A stretch of DNA of 64,000 nt from Lama glama (Eukaryota), in NCBI GenBank assembly GCA_028534125.1, contig CM052817.1:47866001-47930000 (forward strand), given 5' to 3'. Numbering within the stretch: the first letter of the stretch is position 1; each line of letters opens with the position of its first letter. Under the pieces are notes generated by a model, which had not been told where the DNA came from, ran no database searches, and worked only from the letters and a program-made list of their open reading frames with translations. This document shows, piece by piece, positions 13,215-25,619 of the stretch. Made by a program: the position numbers and the translations under genes.

Positions 13215-13810
13215 AAAATTTGTTACAGAATTTTAAAGATTACTTTTCATTTACAGTTATCATATTGGCTATATTCCCTGTGTTGTACAATATACCTTGA
13301 GCCCATCTTACACCCAAAACTTTGTGTCTCCCACTCCTCACCCATATGTTGCCCCTCCTGCCACTGGTAACCACTGGTTTGTTCCCTATGTCTATGAGTC
13401 TGTTTATATTCCCTTGTTTGTTGTATTTTTTAGATTCCACGTGTAAGTGAGATCATACAGTATTTGTCTTTCTCCGTCTGACTTATTTCACTTAGCATAA
13501 TGCCCTCCAAGTCTATCCATGTTGCTGAAAATAGCAAAATTTCATTCTTTTGTATGGCTGAGTAGTATTCCATTATATATAAAATAATATTCCATTATAT
13601 ATGTACATACATTACATATATATACATACATTATATATACATACATATATACACATACATACACATATACATACTCTATATATACACATGCACATACACA
13701 CACGCCCCACATTTTTCTCCATTTATCTGTTGATGGACACTTAGGTTGTTCCCATATCTTGTCAACTGTAAATAACGCCACTATGAACATTGAGGTGTTT
13801 TTACACCTGC
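13215..13810 (-). mobile_element. L1 3' end including ORF2 C-terminus, with internal (TA/CA)n expansion
   Basis: ORF 13542..13814(-) contains MFIVALFTVDKIWEQPKCPSTDKW (L1 ORF2 C-terminal motif). 3' UTR includes TTAGATTCCACGTGTAAGTGAGATCATACAG. Confidence 0.9.
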
Positions 13811-14368
13811 ACACAAATTGTCTTTTTATTAGTTATTAAACATTTCTATTAGCAATATTTTCATTTGAACTTTAATGTGAAGTCTCAATGATCTGAAAAG
13901 ATTACATTATTAGACTTACTTTTTTGAGCCAATTTAAACCTTGCAATCTGTTGATGTCTGAAGGACAAAAACACATGGATGACAGATGAAAACTTCCCAA
14001 GAGAGCCTTTTACACAGGGGAGAGATCTGGCAACCTAAATACCAGCTAAATGTCACTCTCCCTTGGTGTGTGGAGTATCTAAGGGAAGGACTAAAGGAAT
14101 GCTAAGAAAGAAAAGTGGGGGGATGCAAAGTCCTGTACCCACCTTCTAAGTTACCTCCCAGATTACCTCCCAGAGCAATCATTTAAAAATACAAATCTGA
14201 TCACTGTCATTCCCCTGTTTAAAAATCATAGTTTACTGTGGCCCTTAGAAAAATGTACAGAATCCTACCTTGACCTAAAAATGTGTCCTGTGCCTGGACC
14301 CTATTTATCCTTCTGAAATCACATGAAACTATAACCTCTTCTCCCGTCTCCAGGCTAAGTATATGCAG

Positions 14369-15039
14369 TGTTATTGATTTAATTGTGTCATCTACCTCCC
14401 CTCAAAATATGTCATATGTTGTAGTTCTAACTCCCAGTACCTCAGAATGTGACCTTTTTTGGAAATAGGGTCATTGTGGATATAATTAGTTAAGATGAAG
14501 TCATTCTGGAGTAGGGTGGGCCCCTAACCCAATAAGACAGGTATTCCTATAAAAAGGGGCAATTTGGATGTGGACGGGGGAGGACACCATGTGAAAATGT
14601 ACGCAGAAGAATAGATAAACAAGATTATACTGTATAGCACAGGGAAATATACACAAGATCTTATGGTAGCTCACAGAGAAAAAAATGTGACAATGAATAT
14701 ATATATGTTCACATATAACTGAAAAATTGTGCTCTACACTGGAATCTGACACAACATTGTAAAATGATTATAAATCAATAAAAAATGTTAAAAAGAAAAG
14801 AAAAAAAAAGAAAATGTACGCAAAAATGGGAGTGATACCTCTACAGGCCAAATGACACCAAAGATGGCCAGCAAATCACCGGCAGCTAAGGGAGAAGATG
14901 GAACATGCTCTTCCTCACAGCCCTCAGAAGAAACCACCACGTCTAACACCTTGACCTCAGAACTGAGAGACAAGAAATGTCTTGTTTAAACTCCCCAGTC
15001 TGTGGGACTTCATTATGGCCGCCCTAGGAAACTAATGCA
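14369..15039 (+). mobile_element. MaLR solo LTR (MLT1B/C-like), interrupted by an L1
   Basis: TG...CA ends; CCCAGTACCTCAGAATGTGACCTTTTTTGGAAATAGGGTCATTG; CCCTCAGAAGAAACCACC; CCCTAGGAAACTAATGCA. Confidence 0.85.
14606..14809 (+). mobile_element. Young L1 3' end with perfect 13-bp TSD
   Basis: TSD GAAAATGTACGCA at 14593-14605 and 14810-14822. Highly similar to the L1 3' end at 59062-59245. Confidence 0.93.
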
Positions 15040-16354
15040 CGGGATTTCTCCCAGCTCCACATGGATCTTTGCTCATGCTGTTCTGTTTGCATGGATTAAG
15101 CAACATCCCTAGCCAAGCTTTAAGTTTTGCTTTAAGTGTAATTTCCTTAAGAGAGAAATCTTCCCTAACCTCCCAGACTCTTCCTCAATCTACACTTACC
15201 ATAAATTCAACAAGGTTCTGAACTTTTTCAAAGGACTGTGTACTCTTGAATTATTTGTTTACTTAATGTTCTGTATCTGGCTATAAGCTCAGGCTAGGAC
15301 TCTGTGTGTCTCATGCATGGCTGTATCCTCTGTGACCAGCGCAAAATTAATGCTCAAGAAATATTTATTGACTGGTTCCCTTGATTTTAACTTGGAATCC
15401 TCCATTCCCAAACATTGTTTCAAAGATCCCACATCCTTAGTAATAATTCCCATCAAAATATTTCTACCCTCATGTATATATTCATGTGCCTTAAGGCAGC
15501 CTCATATTTCTATAATTCATTGTTATCATACCTAACATTTTATTCCATTCCACCACACATCTGTATAAGCAATAACATTTGTAAATGGACCAGTCTCCAG
15601 GAATGTTTTTGATTTGGGTCCTATATTACTGAAAAGAATCTCAATTATTTGGCAAGCTGACATCCTCATAAGATTCTATCTGTCCAGCAAGGCAGAGGAG
15701 GGAAATCATATGAAAGAGAACATGAAAGCAATGAAGCACTTTTTAAACAAATACTTGTTTAACCTGTGATTCCTGTTATGAAAACTCTTGGTGATGTGCT
15801 GAGGGTTGGAAGGAAGAGTGGTGAGAGATTTGCTGAGAATTAGGTGGAATCTATGGAATAATGAAAGTTCATCTCAAAATGTCTTTATCTATGTCTCCCT
15901 TGATAGATATAGGTATAGATATATTTGTAAAAGGGAAAAAAAGAGCAGATGGTTCTAGGTAGGCTAGTTCTATCTCTCAGGTCAATTCTAACTTTGTTTG
16001 ATTTTGACTTCTAAAGAATTGCAGTAGTCCTCGAAAAGGGTCTACTTCACCAGATAGCTTCAGAAAGCTGTCTGTGATGAAACTCACAGTGAGTGTCTTC
16101 ACTGAGTGGAAACGTTCTGATTTATCCTAAAGAGAAGTTCCTGAGTAAGTGTGTGTTCAACAGATATTCTCTTAACAGGATTGCAGTTGGATATGCTACA
16201 ATTTTTAGTATCAGATCTTCAGACAGACTATGCTGGTCACAGAAGGACTCAAGGGTGGCAGGTCTGTTTTGAATTCCATCATATAATGACATAAACCACA
16301 GCAAGGCCAACTACTCTTGGGCACAGGAAGAATAATGTGACTAGACTTGTCCTA

Positions 16355-16440
16355 GTCATTCATTTAGTAAATGTTTCTTGAGCACTTACTCTGTGTCAGT
16401 GATCGTGGTGGATGCTGTTAAGACAAAGTGGAATAAAACA
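16355..16440 (-). mobile_element. L2 3' end
   Basis: CATTCATTTAGTAAATGTTTCTTGAGCACTTACTCTGTGTCAG. Confidence 0.65.
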
Positions 16441-16449
16441 ATAGTAAGA

Positions 16450-16690
16450 ATAAAAATAGCTTATTCTTACTGGCTGCTGATTATGTTCTGGGAACCATGC
16501 TAAATGCTCTATATACTTTATCTCCTTTAATCCTCACCGTAGCTTTCTGACATAGGTACTATCATTGTCCTCATGTTATGAAGAACTTAAGTCCCAGGAA
16601 GGTCTAGCAGTAGGTACAGATCAAAGAGCTAGCATTGCAGTACAGCTATGCCTGACTCCAATGCCTCAGTGCCTACCCAGTGTGTTAGAC
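16450..16690 (-). mobile_element. MIR SINE
   Basis: CATGCTAAATGCTCTATATACTTTATCTCCTTTAATCCTCAC...ATAGGTACTATCATTGTCCTCATGTTA...GCCTGACTCCAA. Confidence 0.7.
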
Positions 16691-16979
16691 TAACTCACAG
16701 TACAGAATGACTCCATTACTATAATTTTCTCCCGAATCCATGAAATTCAGGTTGAGCTTCTGACCTGAGAAAGAGAGTCTAATGGCGAGTTTGAGAAAGG
16801 GGATTTAACTCCACAGTAATACAGAAATGGCATTAAGTAACCTTTCCTTCGAATGAGTTTATGGGCCATTTCACATAAGCTCCCCAAGTTCAAAAGTCAG
16901 GATTATAGTGATTTGGGCTCATCTCAAGTGAGCTTACGAAAAACAGAAATGAAAGAAAGGGACTTCAGACCCTCAGGCC

Positions 16980-16980
<1 letters not shown>

Positions 16981-17026
<46 letters not shown>
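16981..17026. repeat. (TG)23 microsatellite
   Basis: Directly visible perfect dinucleotide run followed by CGCG. Confidence 0.98.
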
Positions 17027-17032
<6 letters not shown>

Positions 17033-17844
17033 GCAACACAGCATGAAAATAGTGTAGAAAAGTGACCTGGAGTTTTGAGTCAAGACAGAAATCCAGTCTC
17101 TTTTTTAATCACTAAGGGAGAAATTGAGTTTGTATATATTTTTGGTAGGGAAGAATTCATGGCTTTCATGAACTTCTTTTAAGATCCTCTGACCCAAAAC
17201 TTTGAGCCAAGACAGAAAAGAAAAACATATTTTTCAAAAAACCAGACAGAAGATGATATACCAATGTAACTATTGGTTGAACTAGGATTCTCAAAACAAT
17301 TTTAAGGCCACCCCAAAACAAGAGAATCACTGGCTTCTGTTTTATTAGAGCCTGTGCATTCCGTGATATGTGTCATTTTGATATTTTATCTTTACTGTTA
17401 GAGAGTGCAGGCATCTTCCCCGCCACTAGGCTTTCCTTCTGTTTATTCAACACTCCTGGCCTTTCTCTGCCTCCCTCACTCATTCATTCCCAGAAGAGTA
17501 GGAGTGAGTTAACCTGATTGGTGAATTTGAGAGAGAAACTGGGAAAGTTTTCAGCAAACATGTGCTCTCCTCTATAGTTTCGGTGGAATCTGCACTTGAA
17601 GAAGAGGATGCCTGCTCCATTCTAGTGCAGACAAGGCTCCACAGATGAACCTCCTCATTCTACATTCAACATTTGGTAGCCAACTTGTCCACAAATATAA
17701 GTCAAGTTTCCAATGGTAGTTTTATCAGTAATTAAGGTCATATTTTTTGGCCTCTATCTACTGAATTTTGTTTTCTTATTTCTCAATTATTCTGAAACTG
17801 AATGAGGAAGTAGTGTATTATTTATTAAGTTCCTTTAAAGATCC

Positions 17845-18517
17845 ACAAAACTCCTGGGCATATATCCAGAGGGAACTTCAATTCGAAAAGATACACACAC
17901 CCCAATGTTCATAGCAGGACTATATACAACAGCCAAGACATGGAAGCAACCTAAATGTCCATCAACAGATGACTGGATAAAGAAGTTGTGGTATATTTAT
18001 ACAATCAAATACTACTCAGTGATTAAAAAAAAGAATAAAATAATGCCATTTGCAGCAACTTGGATGGACCTGGAGATCATCATTCTAAGTGAAATAAGCC
18101 AGAAAGAGAAAGAAAATACCACATGATATCACTCATATGTGGAATCTGAAAAAAAAAAAAAGAAAGAAAGAAAAGAAAAGAAAGAAAGAGAGAGAGAGAG
18201 AGAAAAGAGGACACTCATGAATTCATCTACAAAACAGAAACAGACTCAGGCATAGTAAACAATCATGGTTACCAGGGGAAAGGGAGTGGGAGGGATAAAT
18301 TTGGATATTTGATATTTGCAAATGTTAACCACCATATATAAAAATAGATGAAAACCAAATTTCTTCTATATAGCACAGGGAACTATATTCAATATCTTGT
18401 AATAACCTTTAAGGAAAAAGAATATGAAAACAAATGTATATACATGACTGGAACCTTACACTGTACACCAGAAATTGACACATGATAACTGACTATACTT
18501 GAAAAAAAAAAAAAAAG
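17845..18517 (+). mobile_element. L1 3' end including ORF2 C-terminus
   Basis: ORF 17905..18126 MFIAGLYTTAKTWKQPKCPSTDDWIKKLWYIYT...FAATWMDLEIIILSEISQ. 3' UTR, internal A/GA-rich tract and poly-A tail. Confidence 0.93.
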
Positions 18518-18974
18518 AAAATCCCAAACTGTAGATAAGTTGATAACAGTAGCTTGCAAATGGGACACAAGAAAAGAAATGCTTCGCTTTGTTATACTCT
18601 GGAAATAAAGAACTAGAATTAGATAGAGGGTTTTTTTTTAAAAAAAAATCATATTGGCCCAATGTTTCTATCCCCAAGCATTACTAACATAGCCCGGCGT
18701 GGCCAGATCCAGTGTGGTCCATTTGTAAATGGGTATGTTATCAGTTTAACTGAAAAGGCCAGAAAAGTTACAGGAAGATAGCCTCTATCCCCAGTTCTAC
18801 AGCCAGCGGAAACATCTAATAGAGAATTGGAATTAACTTTAGAGGATTAGTGGGGATAATTCTGAGTAACAAGGGAGAGTTCTCTATATAATTTTCAGAC
18901 ATTTTATTTTCCAGCCATGCAATCTTTCATCTTTTATTTTCTTGTCTATGCATCATAACTGAAGCAGAATTATA

Positions 18975-19445
18975 TAAGATGTGGGGGCCATGAGAATGTG
19001 CTTTGCCTACCTCCTACTATAGAGAGTGTAACTGACCTTGAGCTCCAGCTTAGAAATCCAGTTACAAACACTTAGAAAGTGTTTGCTTTCAGGCTGCCAC
19101 TCCCATAAGTTTTTCCAACCAACGACTGAGTACAGCAATGATAATAAGGCAGATTCCTTTCCAGAGAGACTATGAGACTTTGGCCAACTTCATCTGAGAG
19201 ACTATGAGACTTTGGCCAACTTCATCTGAAGGATTCCCTGACGGCTTTGCTGGGACTGTGTGGCACTCCATGCAACAGTCTCTCCCCCTCTCCTTCACTC
19301 TGGGTTAGACTTGCCTAGTGGTCACATAGGTCTCCCAGCTTCCTCTGGGTGCCTCTGTATTTCTTTTCACATGGGTACCTTTTCCTAATAGAACCCTTGC
19401 TTGTTTCATCCTGCCTTCATATCTGCTTCTTAAAGGACACCAAGG
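18975..19445 (+). mobile_element. ERVL solo LTR (LTR16C-like)
   Basis: GTGGGGGCCATGAGAATGTGCT start region; 3' end CCTAATAGAACCCTTGCTTGTTTCATCCTGCCTTCATATCTGCTTCTTAAAGGAC. Confidence 0.65.
19164..19227. repeat. Perfect 32-bp tandem duplication
   Basis: GAGAGACTATGAGACTTTGGCCAACTTCATCT occurs twice (19164-19195, 19196-19227). Confidence 0.97.
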
Positions 19446-20045
19446 GAAAATTTTACAAATTGCACAAATGGAGCCCATTCACATCGGAAAAGAGCTGGAG
19501 ACTAGCATTTACACGACTTGATGAAATAAGAACAGGGTTAGCTAAAGCTTTGGGATATAGTTAATGCAACTTCATAGCCAATGTACAGTGGCTCTGTACT
19601 TTAACGGATGGATTTTATCTCAAAAAGAAATAACAGTGTTTAGATTTGCCAGAACTGATACTGACTTTTCAAAAAGTGTGAGTATTGGAGAAGAATTAGT
19701 ACAGTTAAGCTGAAAGTAAATATGAATGTAGACTCAAAGAATGCCAGAGATTTCCTTAGCCACACTGGCTACAAATTTTATCAACACCACATGCAGAAGT
19801 GATTAGTGATTAACACTAGAAGTACATTATTTGGCTCTATTCAGTATGGTTTCCAGAACGAACAGACCAAAAAGTAGTATCCCTTACAAACTGGTACCTG
19901 AACAAGATACATCCTTGTTCACATGTAGGACCCTTCCAGAATAATTCTGAGTCTTGCCAATTCCTCACTGGACCATACCTCATAGACAAGCAGAAGTGCA
20001 AAATTGTGTGCTTGGGCTGTGGTGTGTTGGCAGGCAGGTTCTAGA

Positions 20046-20232
20046 GCCGTGCTAACGTGGTAGCCACCAACCTCAAGTGGCTTTGTCAATTTACAATTAA
20101 ATTACTTAAATAAAATTTAAAATTCAGTTGCTCACTATACTATCCACAAGTCATATGTGACTCATGATTCCTGCACTGGACAGCACAGATAGAGAACATT
20201 TCCCACATGGAGAAATATTCTATGAAACAGGT
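20046..20232 (-). mobile_element. hAT-Charlie MITE (MER3-like)
   Basis: GGTAGCCACCAACCTCAAGTGGCT...TAAAATTTAAAATTCAGTTGCTCA...TGGACAGCACAGATAGAGAACATTTCC is the reverse complement of the MER3 layout. Confidence 0.75.
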
Positions 20233-20849
20233 CTCTTCTAGGGGAATTCCCCCAGGGAAACACGTTATCTGATTTTTTTAAAGTAATTCTGCCACCTTTG
20301 GTGTGGGGAGAGAGTGTCACAAAGTCACTACACCAGCATAGTTCCCCCTTGTACCTAACAAAGGGGCTTTAAGGACTGTTCCACAGGCCACTGAGATTTT
20401 AAGGAGCCACTGACGGAGGCTCAGCTTCACCTAGAATGAGAATCAGTGACCAGCAAATTTCCTGGATGTCTTTAGTTAATTTGGCACTTTTTCATCCATT
20501 GCCTAATAAGACTAAGTTTTAGGACCATAGAGTAGCCTTGTCAGCTTTGGGGTAAGTAGCAATGGGCCTGGGGAAGGAATGAACCACCCTGTGGTCGAAA
20601 GACAGCATGAACACAGCAGCCTGCGTGGTGTTAGTGTGTCTGAGAGGAGCCAGAGTTTGGGAATCTCCTGCAGCTGGGGGAAGAAATCACACTTCATGTG
20701 AGAGGTGGAAAGGTAGTGTGTCCGCTCTGCAGGGACGTCGTGGCCATGCACCCAAGACGGGCCACGTGGGCAGGGCTTGTTGACCTTTAAACAGAGGGAT
20801 GCTGTCTCAAAAGAAAAGAATCCTTCTGCTAGAATTGTTAACTCTGCTG

Positions 20850-21285
20850 GAAAGGCTATTGAAGGTAATAGGATATAAAGCATTGATACAGATGAGTTGA
20901 TCAATGAAGATCTCTCAGAGGAGGTGAAAATTGAGCAGAAACATGAATGATGAGAAGGAGTCAGCCATGTAAAGACCGAGGGGGTGACCTTGACAGGTTG
21001 AGAGAACAGCAAGTATACAGGCCCCAGGGGAAGAATGAGCTTAGTAAGTTCACCGGAGAGAAAGAGAACCAGTGTGTCTATCCACAAGTCATATGTGACT
21101 CATGATTCCAGAATGAGAGAGGGAAAGACTGGGACGAGATGACGCTGCATAGTTAAGATCCTGAAGTTCTGTCAAGGAGTTTGAGTTTGACTCTAATTGT
21201 AAAGGAAGATCATTGAAGAGTTTGGAATAGGGGAGCAGTCTTTTTTGACTTAGATTTTTTTAAAAAACTCTTCAAACACTATATG
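20850..21285 (-). mobile_element. L2 fragment carrying a 32-bp templated insertion at 21078-21109
   Basis: CTCTCAGAGGAGGTGAAAATTGAGCAGAAACATGAATGATGAGAAGGAGTCAGCCATG...GAGAACAGCAAGT...AAGGAGTTTGAGTTTGACTCTAA. Confidence 0.75.
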
Positions 21286-21296
21286 GAAAGCGATTT

Positions 21297-21800
21297 ATAT
21301 CAGGCAAGGTCCTAGTAAGAGAAAAAGCCACACTCAGAGGTGTTTAAATGAAGAGAGTTTAATGAAGGGACTGCTTACAGAGGCATAGGTAGGCGAAGGC
21401 AGCTAACAAGGCTTCGGGAATTACCCAGGGACTAGTAACAGAGAGGAGTTATTACTATGCTAAAGCCTGAATAGACAAACAGAAGACACAGTGATACCTG
21501 AATCCTGGTAGAGCTGATGTAGGAGAAGATCACCCTACAAGAGCTGCTCTCTGCCAGACTGTGGGAAGGAAGCGGGGCAAAATAAATGCCCCTCCTTCTC
21601 TCTTTCTCCCTCCAGTCTTTTAGTGGGACTCAGTCTTCTGGACCCAACCGTCAAGGCAAGAAAGCCAGATATGGGGGCCAGACAATGCATTTTGTAAACC
21701 TGGAGGTCAAAGCAAAGCAGAAAAGGAGAAAAAGTGAATACAGAGGGTGGGGTGGAGAGCAACAGGGCAGGCTGCAGAGAGCAGAAGCAGATCTGTAAGA
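21297..21800 (-). mobile_element. ERVL solo LTR (LTR33-like)
   Basis: TGAAGAGAGTTTAATGAAGGGACTGCTTACAGAGG...ACCCAGGGACTAGTAACAG resembles antisense LTR33. Confidence 0.6.
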
Positions 21801-22739
21801 ACCAAGCATGTGCACAGCATGATAAGAAGCACTATGCAAAGTAAAATTCCAACACAGTTTAAAGAATATTTATCAATATTAAATACCATTTTCTTAAAAT
21901 ACAGTGGTGGAGAGACGTTTATAAATATTGCATTTAACTAGTTCATTAAGGTGGCTTCATTCTACCTGAAGAAACCCGTGCTTATGAAAAATAACATCAA
22001 TATCTTTTGAGATAAATAAAGGAAGAACCAGTTATGTCAATGTCATAAAATAACAAATAACAAAAAGCAGGTAATATGGGAAAAATCTACTCTATCTTCT
22101 GGGTCCATTCTCCAGGGTATTCATACTGGCCTCCCTAGCTCTTAAATAAATACTCTCCCAGGTAGAATATGAATGATAAATGATTGTGGGCGGACATTAA
22201 AACTAAGCATCCATGAGAAGCAAACATTAACTTCAAGAAGAATGTTCTCATAACCACAGTGCCTAAGACCCAATTTTTCTCCCACTTTTGGAACATCCTA
22301 ATGTTTTCTCCACTTTTTACTACCTTCTAAGGTCTCCTTTTGGGTTACTGAGCCATAAGAAACTAACAAAATAACAAGAGAGCTTTGTTAAAACACAGAA
22401 AAAAATTATGGAATCTTTTAGCACTTTAATATACGACTTATGAGAAGGAGACAGTCTAGGTAGTATAAGGCAAGGCGGAAAAAAGAACAGACAATATTTT
22501 AGCATTATAATGATTGAAAAACTTGTTAATGGTGGAACCAATCCTAGAAGTAGAGACTTGCTTGCCTGCTTTGCTCTCTTTTCCTTATCTTCCTTTACTC
22601 CTTGTGCATGAGATCTAAACCCTTTCCACCCCTCCCCATCCACCCAAAAAGTAAGATAAAACCCACGCCCAGGGGCCTGAGTAGTGAAGAGAAGAAGCAT
22701 GACAATGAGGAACAGCCTGAGGGTAAAAAGACAAAATAG

Positions 22740-25314
22740 ACTTCTATTTGTGTCTACAAGAAAGTAAGGCAGCTTCCACTAGAAAACCGAACACAATACA
22801 GGAAACAACTATTTTCAGATACTAGACAACAGGCAGCACAACCATCAGGACCCTTGAGGAACGGGGGTGCTGGTGGGGGGGCGACTAGGCGAAACTTCCC
22901 GTCATTCAAGTGATGCAAAGAGGAAGAACTCAGAGAGCCCAGCAGTCTTTGCGTGCTGAACAGACATCGATTGGAATTCAAGGAGGCCAAGTTGCTAAAA
23001 TTTGCAAGGCAACACACTTGAGAGTACAAAATTACACAGAAAAAGAGCTCCAGAAACCTGTGTAAGGCTCACCTTGAGTCTTTAGCCAAACAGCATTCTG
23101 CCCACTTATAAGGTGAAATTCTGTAAGGACAGACAAGAAAAATTTCTGACGAAAAAGCCATCACCAGCAAGATGAATTAATAGGTGATAGTTCCTGGAGA
23201 TAAAATGGGCCAGAAAGAGTGAATTCCCTTCAGCCAGAACGCAGAGACTCTGCTGCACATATAAGGCATTCAGTAGACTGTAGAAGGGCCAGGCCTTAAA
23301 GGTGAGAATGTTTAGTTCTAGAATAAAAGCTATCCTATATCCACCCAAAATAAAAGGACTTAAAACCAAGCTATGAAATGATCAAACTAATCCACAAGTG
23401 ATTTAACTCTCTTCAGAAAAAATTCCAAAATATTAAATTAACACAAAAATTTCTAGCACTCAACAACATAAAATCAGAGGTCAAAAAACCATTAAAAAGA
23501 AATTAGATATGCAAAGAAGCAGGAGAATATGACAAATTATCAGAAGAATCAGTCAATAGAAACATACCCAAAAATGACACAGAGAGAATCAGAAGACTGA
23601 GATCTCAAAATGGTACCACACATTTGTTCCACATATTCAAGGATGTAAAGAAGGGAAATTAACATAATAATGAAGGAAATGAAAGACACACAAAAGAACC
23701 AAATGGGACATCTAGAAATTAAAATAATAAAAATTAAAATTTAAAATGTCAGTGGGAGGGTATAGCTCAAGTGGTAGAGCAAATGCTTAGCATGCTTGAG
23801 GTTCTGGGTTCAATCCCCAGCACCTTCTGTAAAAAATAAATAAACCTAATTACCACCCCCAACCAAGATAAAATAAAATAAAATGATACAATAGTAAATA
23901 AATAAATAAAATATTTAAAAATTCTTAAATGTACTAGAAGCAATTAATAGTAGTTTAAACACTATAGAAAAAAAAATCAGTGAAACTGAGGCCACAATAA
24001 TAGTACCTATCCAAATGAAATACAAGAATTTAAAAATCTTTAAATCAATAGAAACTCAGTGGCCTGTAGAATAGTATCAACTAGTCTAACATAGATATGA
24101 TAAGAATCTGAAGGATGAGCAGAAAAATATATTCGAACAGCAAATTGTCAACATTTTCCAAATTTGATTAATTCCATCAGCAATTAGATCCAGGAAGTTC
24201 AATGACACCCAAGCAAGATGAACATAAAATCACACAAAGCCGTATTATAATTAAACTGCTGAAAACAACCATTAAAGAGAATATTTTTAAAACGGTCACA
24301 TGAAAAAAGACACATATGCACAGAGGAACAAAAATGAGAACACCCAAAGACATCCTGCCAGAAACTAAGCAAGCTATAGGACAATGCAGAGAGAAGAAAA
24401 CCATCAACATAGAATCTCTAGCCAGCAAAAATATTCTTGGGGGAAAAAATTAGAATTTTATCACAAAAACAAAAGCTGAGAGAATCTAATGAATAAACCA
24501 TTCATGGAAGTAAAATAGAATCCTAAAAATATTAAATTAATCCAAAATAAGGCAGGAAAAATAAAAACAAACAGAGAAAATAAATACCAAGGTGGTAGAT
24601 TTTAAACTCAACCCTGTCAATAATTACATTACATATAAATAGTCTTAAGAATTTGAATTAAAAGACAGAGATTATCTGAATGGATTATAAAATAAGATAA
24701 CTATATACTGTTTCCAAGAAACCCATTTTAAAAATAAGACATAGGTTAACATTTAAAGGATGGAAGAAAGATATAACTTGCAAACATTAACCATAAGAAA
24801 GTTGAAGTGGCCTTATTAACATCAAAGTAAACATCATAATGTTATTATGAAATATTACTATACATTTTTTCAACTTCACATGGCACATTCATCAAGATAG
24901 ACCAAATGTCATGCCATAAAAACTAGTTTCAACAAATTTAGGACTGAGATCATACCACATGTATTACTTTACCATACCATATTCAGTTAGAAATCAGTAA
25001 CAGAAAAAAACATTTAGAAAATCCCCAAATATTTGGAAATGAAATTTTTAAGCAACATATTGGTCAAAGAAGAAATCACAAAATAAATTAGAAAACTGTT
25101 TTAAAATACATGAAAATAAATCCCAGCATATTGGAATTTGTGAGGTGAAGCTAAAATAGTGCTTTGAGAGGAATTTATAGCTTTAACTGATTGCATTAGA
25201 AAAGATTTCAAAACAATGTCCTAAGCATCATCCTTAAAAAGCTAGAAAAATAAGAACAAATTAAACCCAAGGTGGGTAGAAGGAAGAAAAGAATAAATAA
25301 TAGAAATCAGGAAA
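22740..25314 (+). mobile_element. Old L1 5' half (5' UTR, decayed ORF1, ORF2 endonuclease region)
   Basis: A-rich strand with ORF1-like (GATCCAGGAAGTTCAATGACACCCAAGCAAGATGAACAT) and EN-like segments (ATAATTACATTACATATAAATAGTC; ACTATATACTGTTTCCAAGAAACCCATTT; ATGGCACATTCATCAAGATAGACC). Confidence 0.8.
23753..23915 (+). mobile_element. tRNA-Ala-derived SINE (camelid vic-1 type)
   Basis: GGGAGGGTATAGCTCAAGTGGTAGAGCAAATGCTTAGCATGCTTGAGGTTCTGGGTTCAATCCCCAGCACCT: A and B boxes and AGC anticodon loop, then AAACCTAATTACCACCCCC and an A-rich tail. Confidence 0.85.
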
Positions 25315-25575
25315 AACACTTATGGTTACCAGGGGAAAGGGAGTGGGGAGGGATAAATCGGAAGTTTGAAATTTGCAGATGCTAACAACTATGTATAAAA
25401 TAGATAAACAACAAGTTTCTTCTGTATAGCACAGGGAACTATATTCAGTTCTTATAACCGATAATGAAAAAGAATATAAGAAGAAATATATATGTATGTA
25501 TATGTATGACTGAAACATTATGCTGTACACCAGAAACTGAAACACAGTAAGCCAACTATATTTCAATTAAAAAAT
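25315..25575 (+). mobile_element. L1 3' end (younger family) abutting the old L1
   Basis: CTTATGGTTACCAGGGGAAAGGGAGTGGGGAGGGATAAAT...TATAGCACAGGGAACTATATTCAG...AACTATATTTCAATTAAAAAA. Confidence 0.88.
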
Positions 25576-25619
25576 CCAAAATACTAAACAAAAATGTTAA
25601 AATTTATCATATAATTCAA

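Larger units (their letters stand above)
14170..15375 (+). mobile_element. L2 fragment, host of the MLT1C insertion
   Basis: TAAAAATACAAATCTGATCACTGTCATTCCCCTGTTTAAAA before the LTR; after it, L2 tail ATGCTCAAGAAATATTTATTGACTG. Confidence 0.55.

Noticed and set aside
20512..21087. 191-aa minus-strand ORF
   Set aside because: It runs partly through decayed L2, starts inside the templated insertion, and has no recognisable domain or coding bias.
19164..21109. 32-bp repeats as a CRISPR-like array
   Set aside because: There are only two copies of each of two unrelated sequences, with no spacer periodicity or cas genes, in mammalian DNA.
23753..23826. tRNA-Ala gene
   Set aside because: Mismatched stems, SINE-type 5' extension, A-rich tail and insertion into an L1 show it is a SINE.
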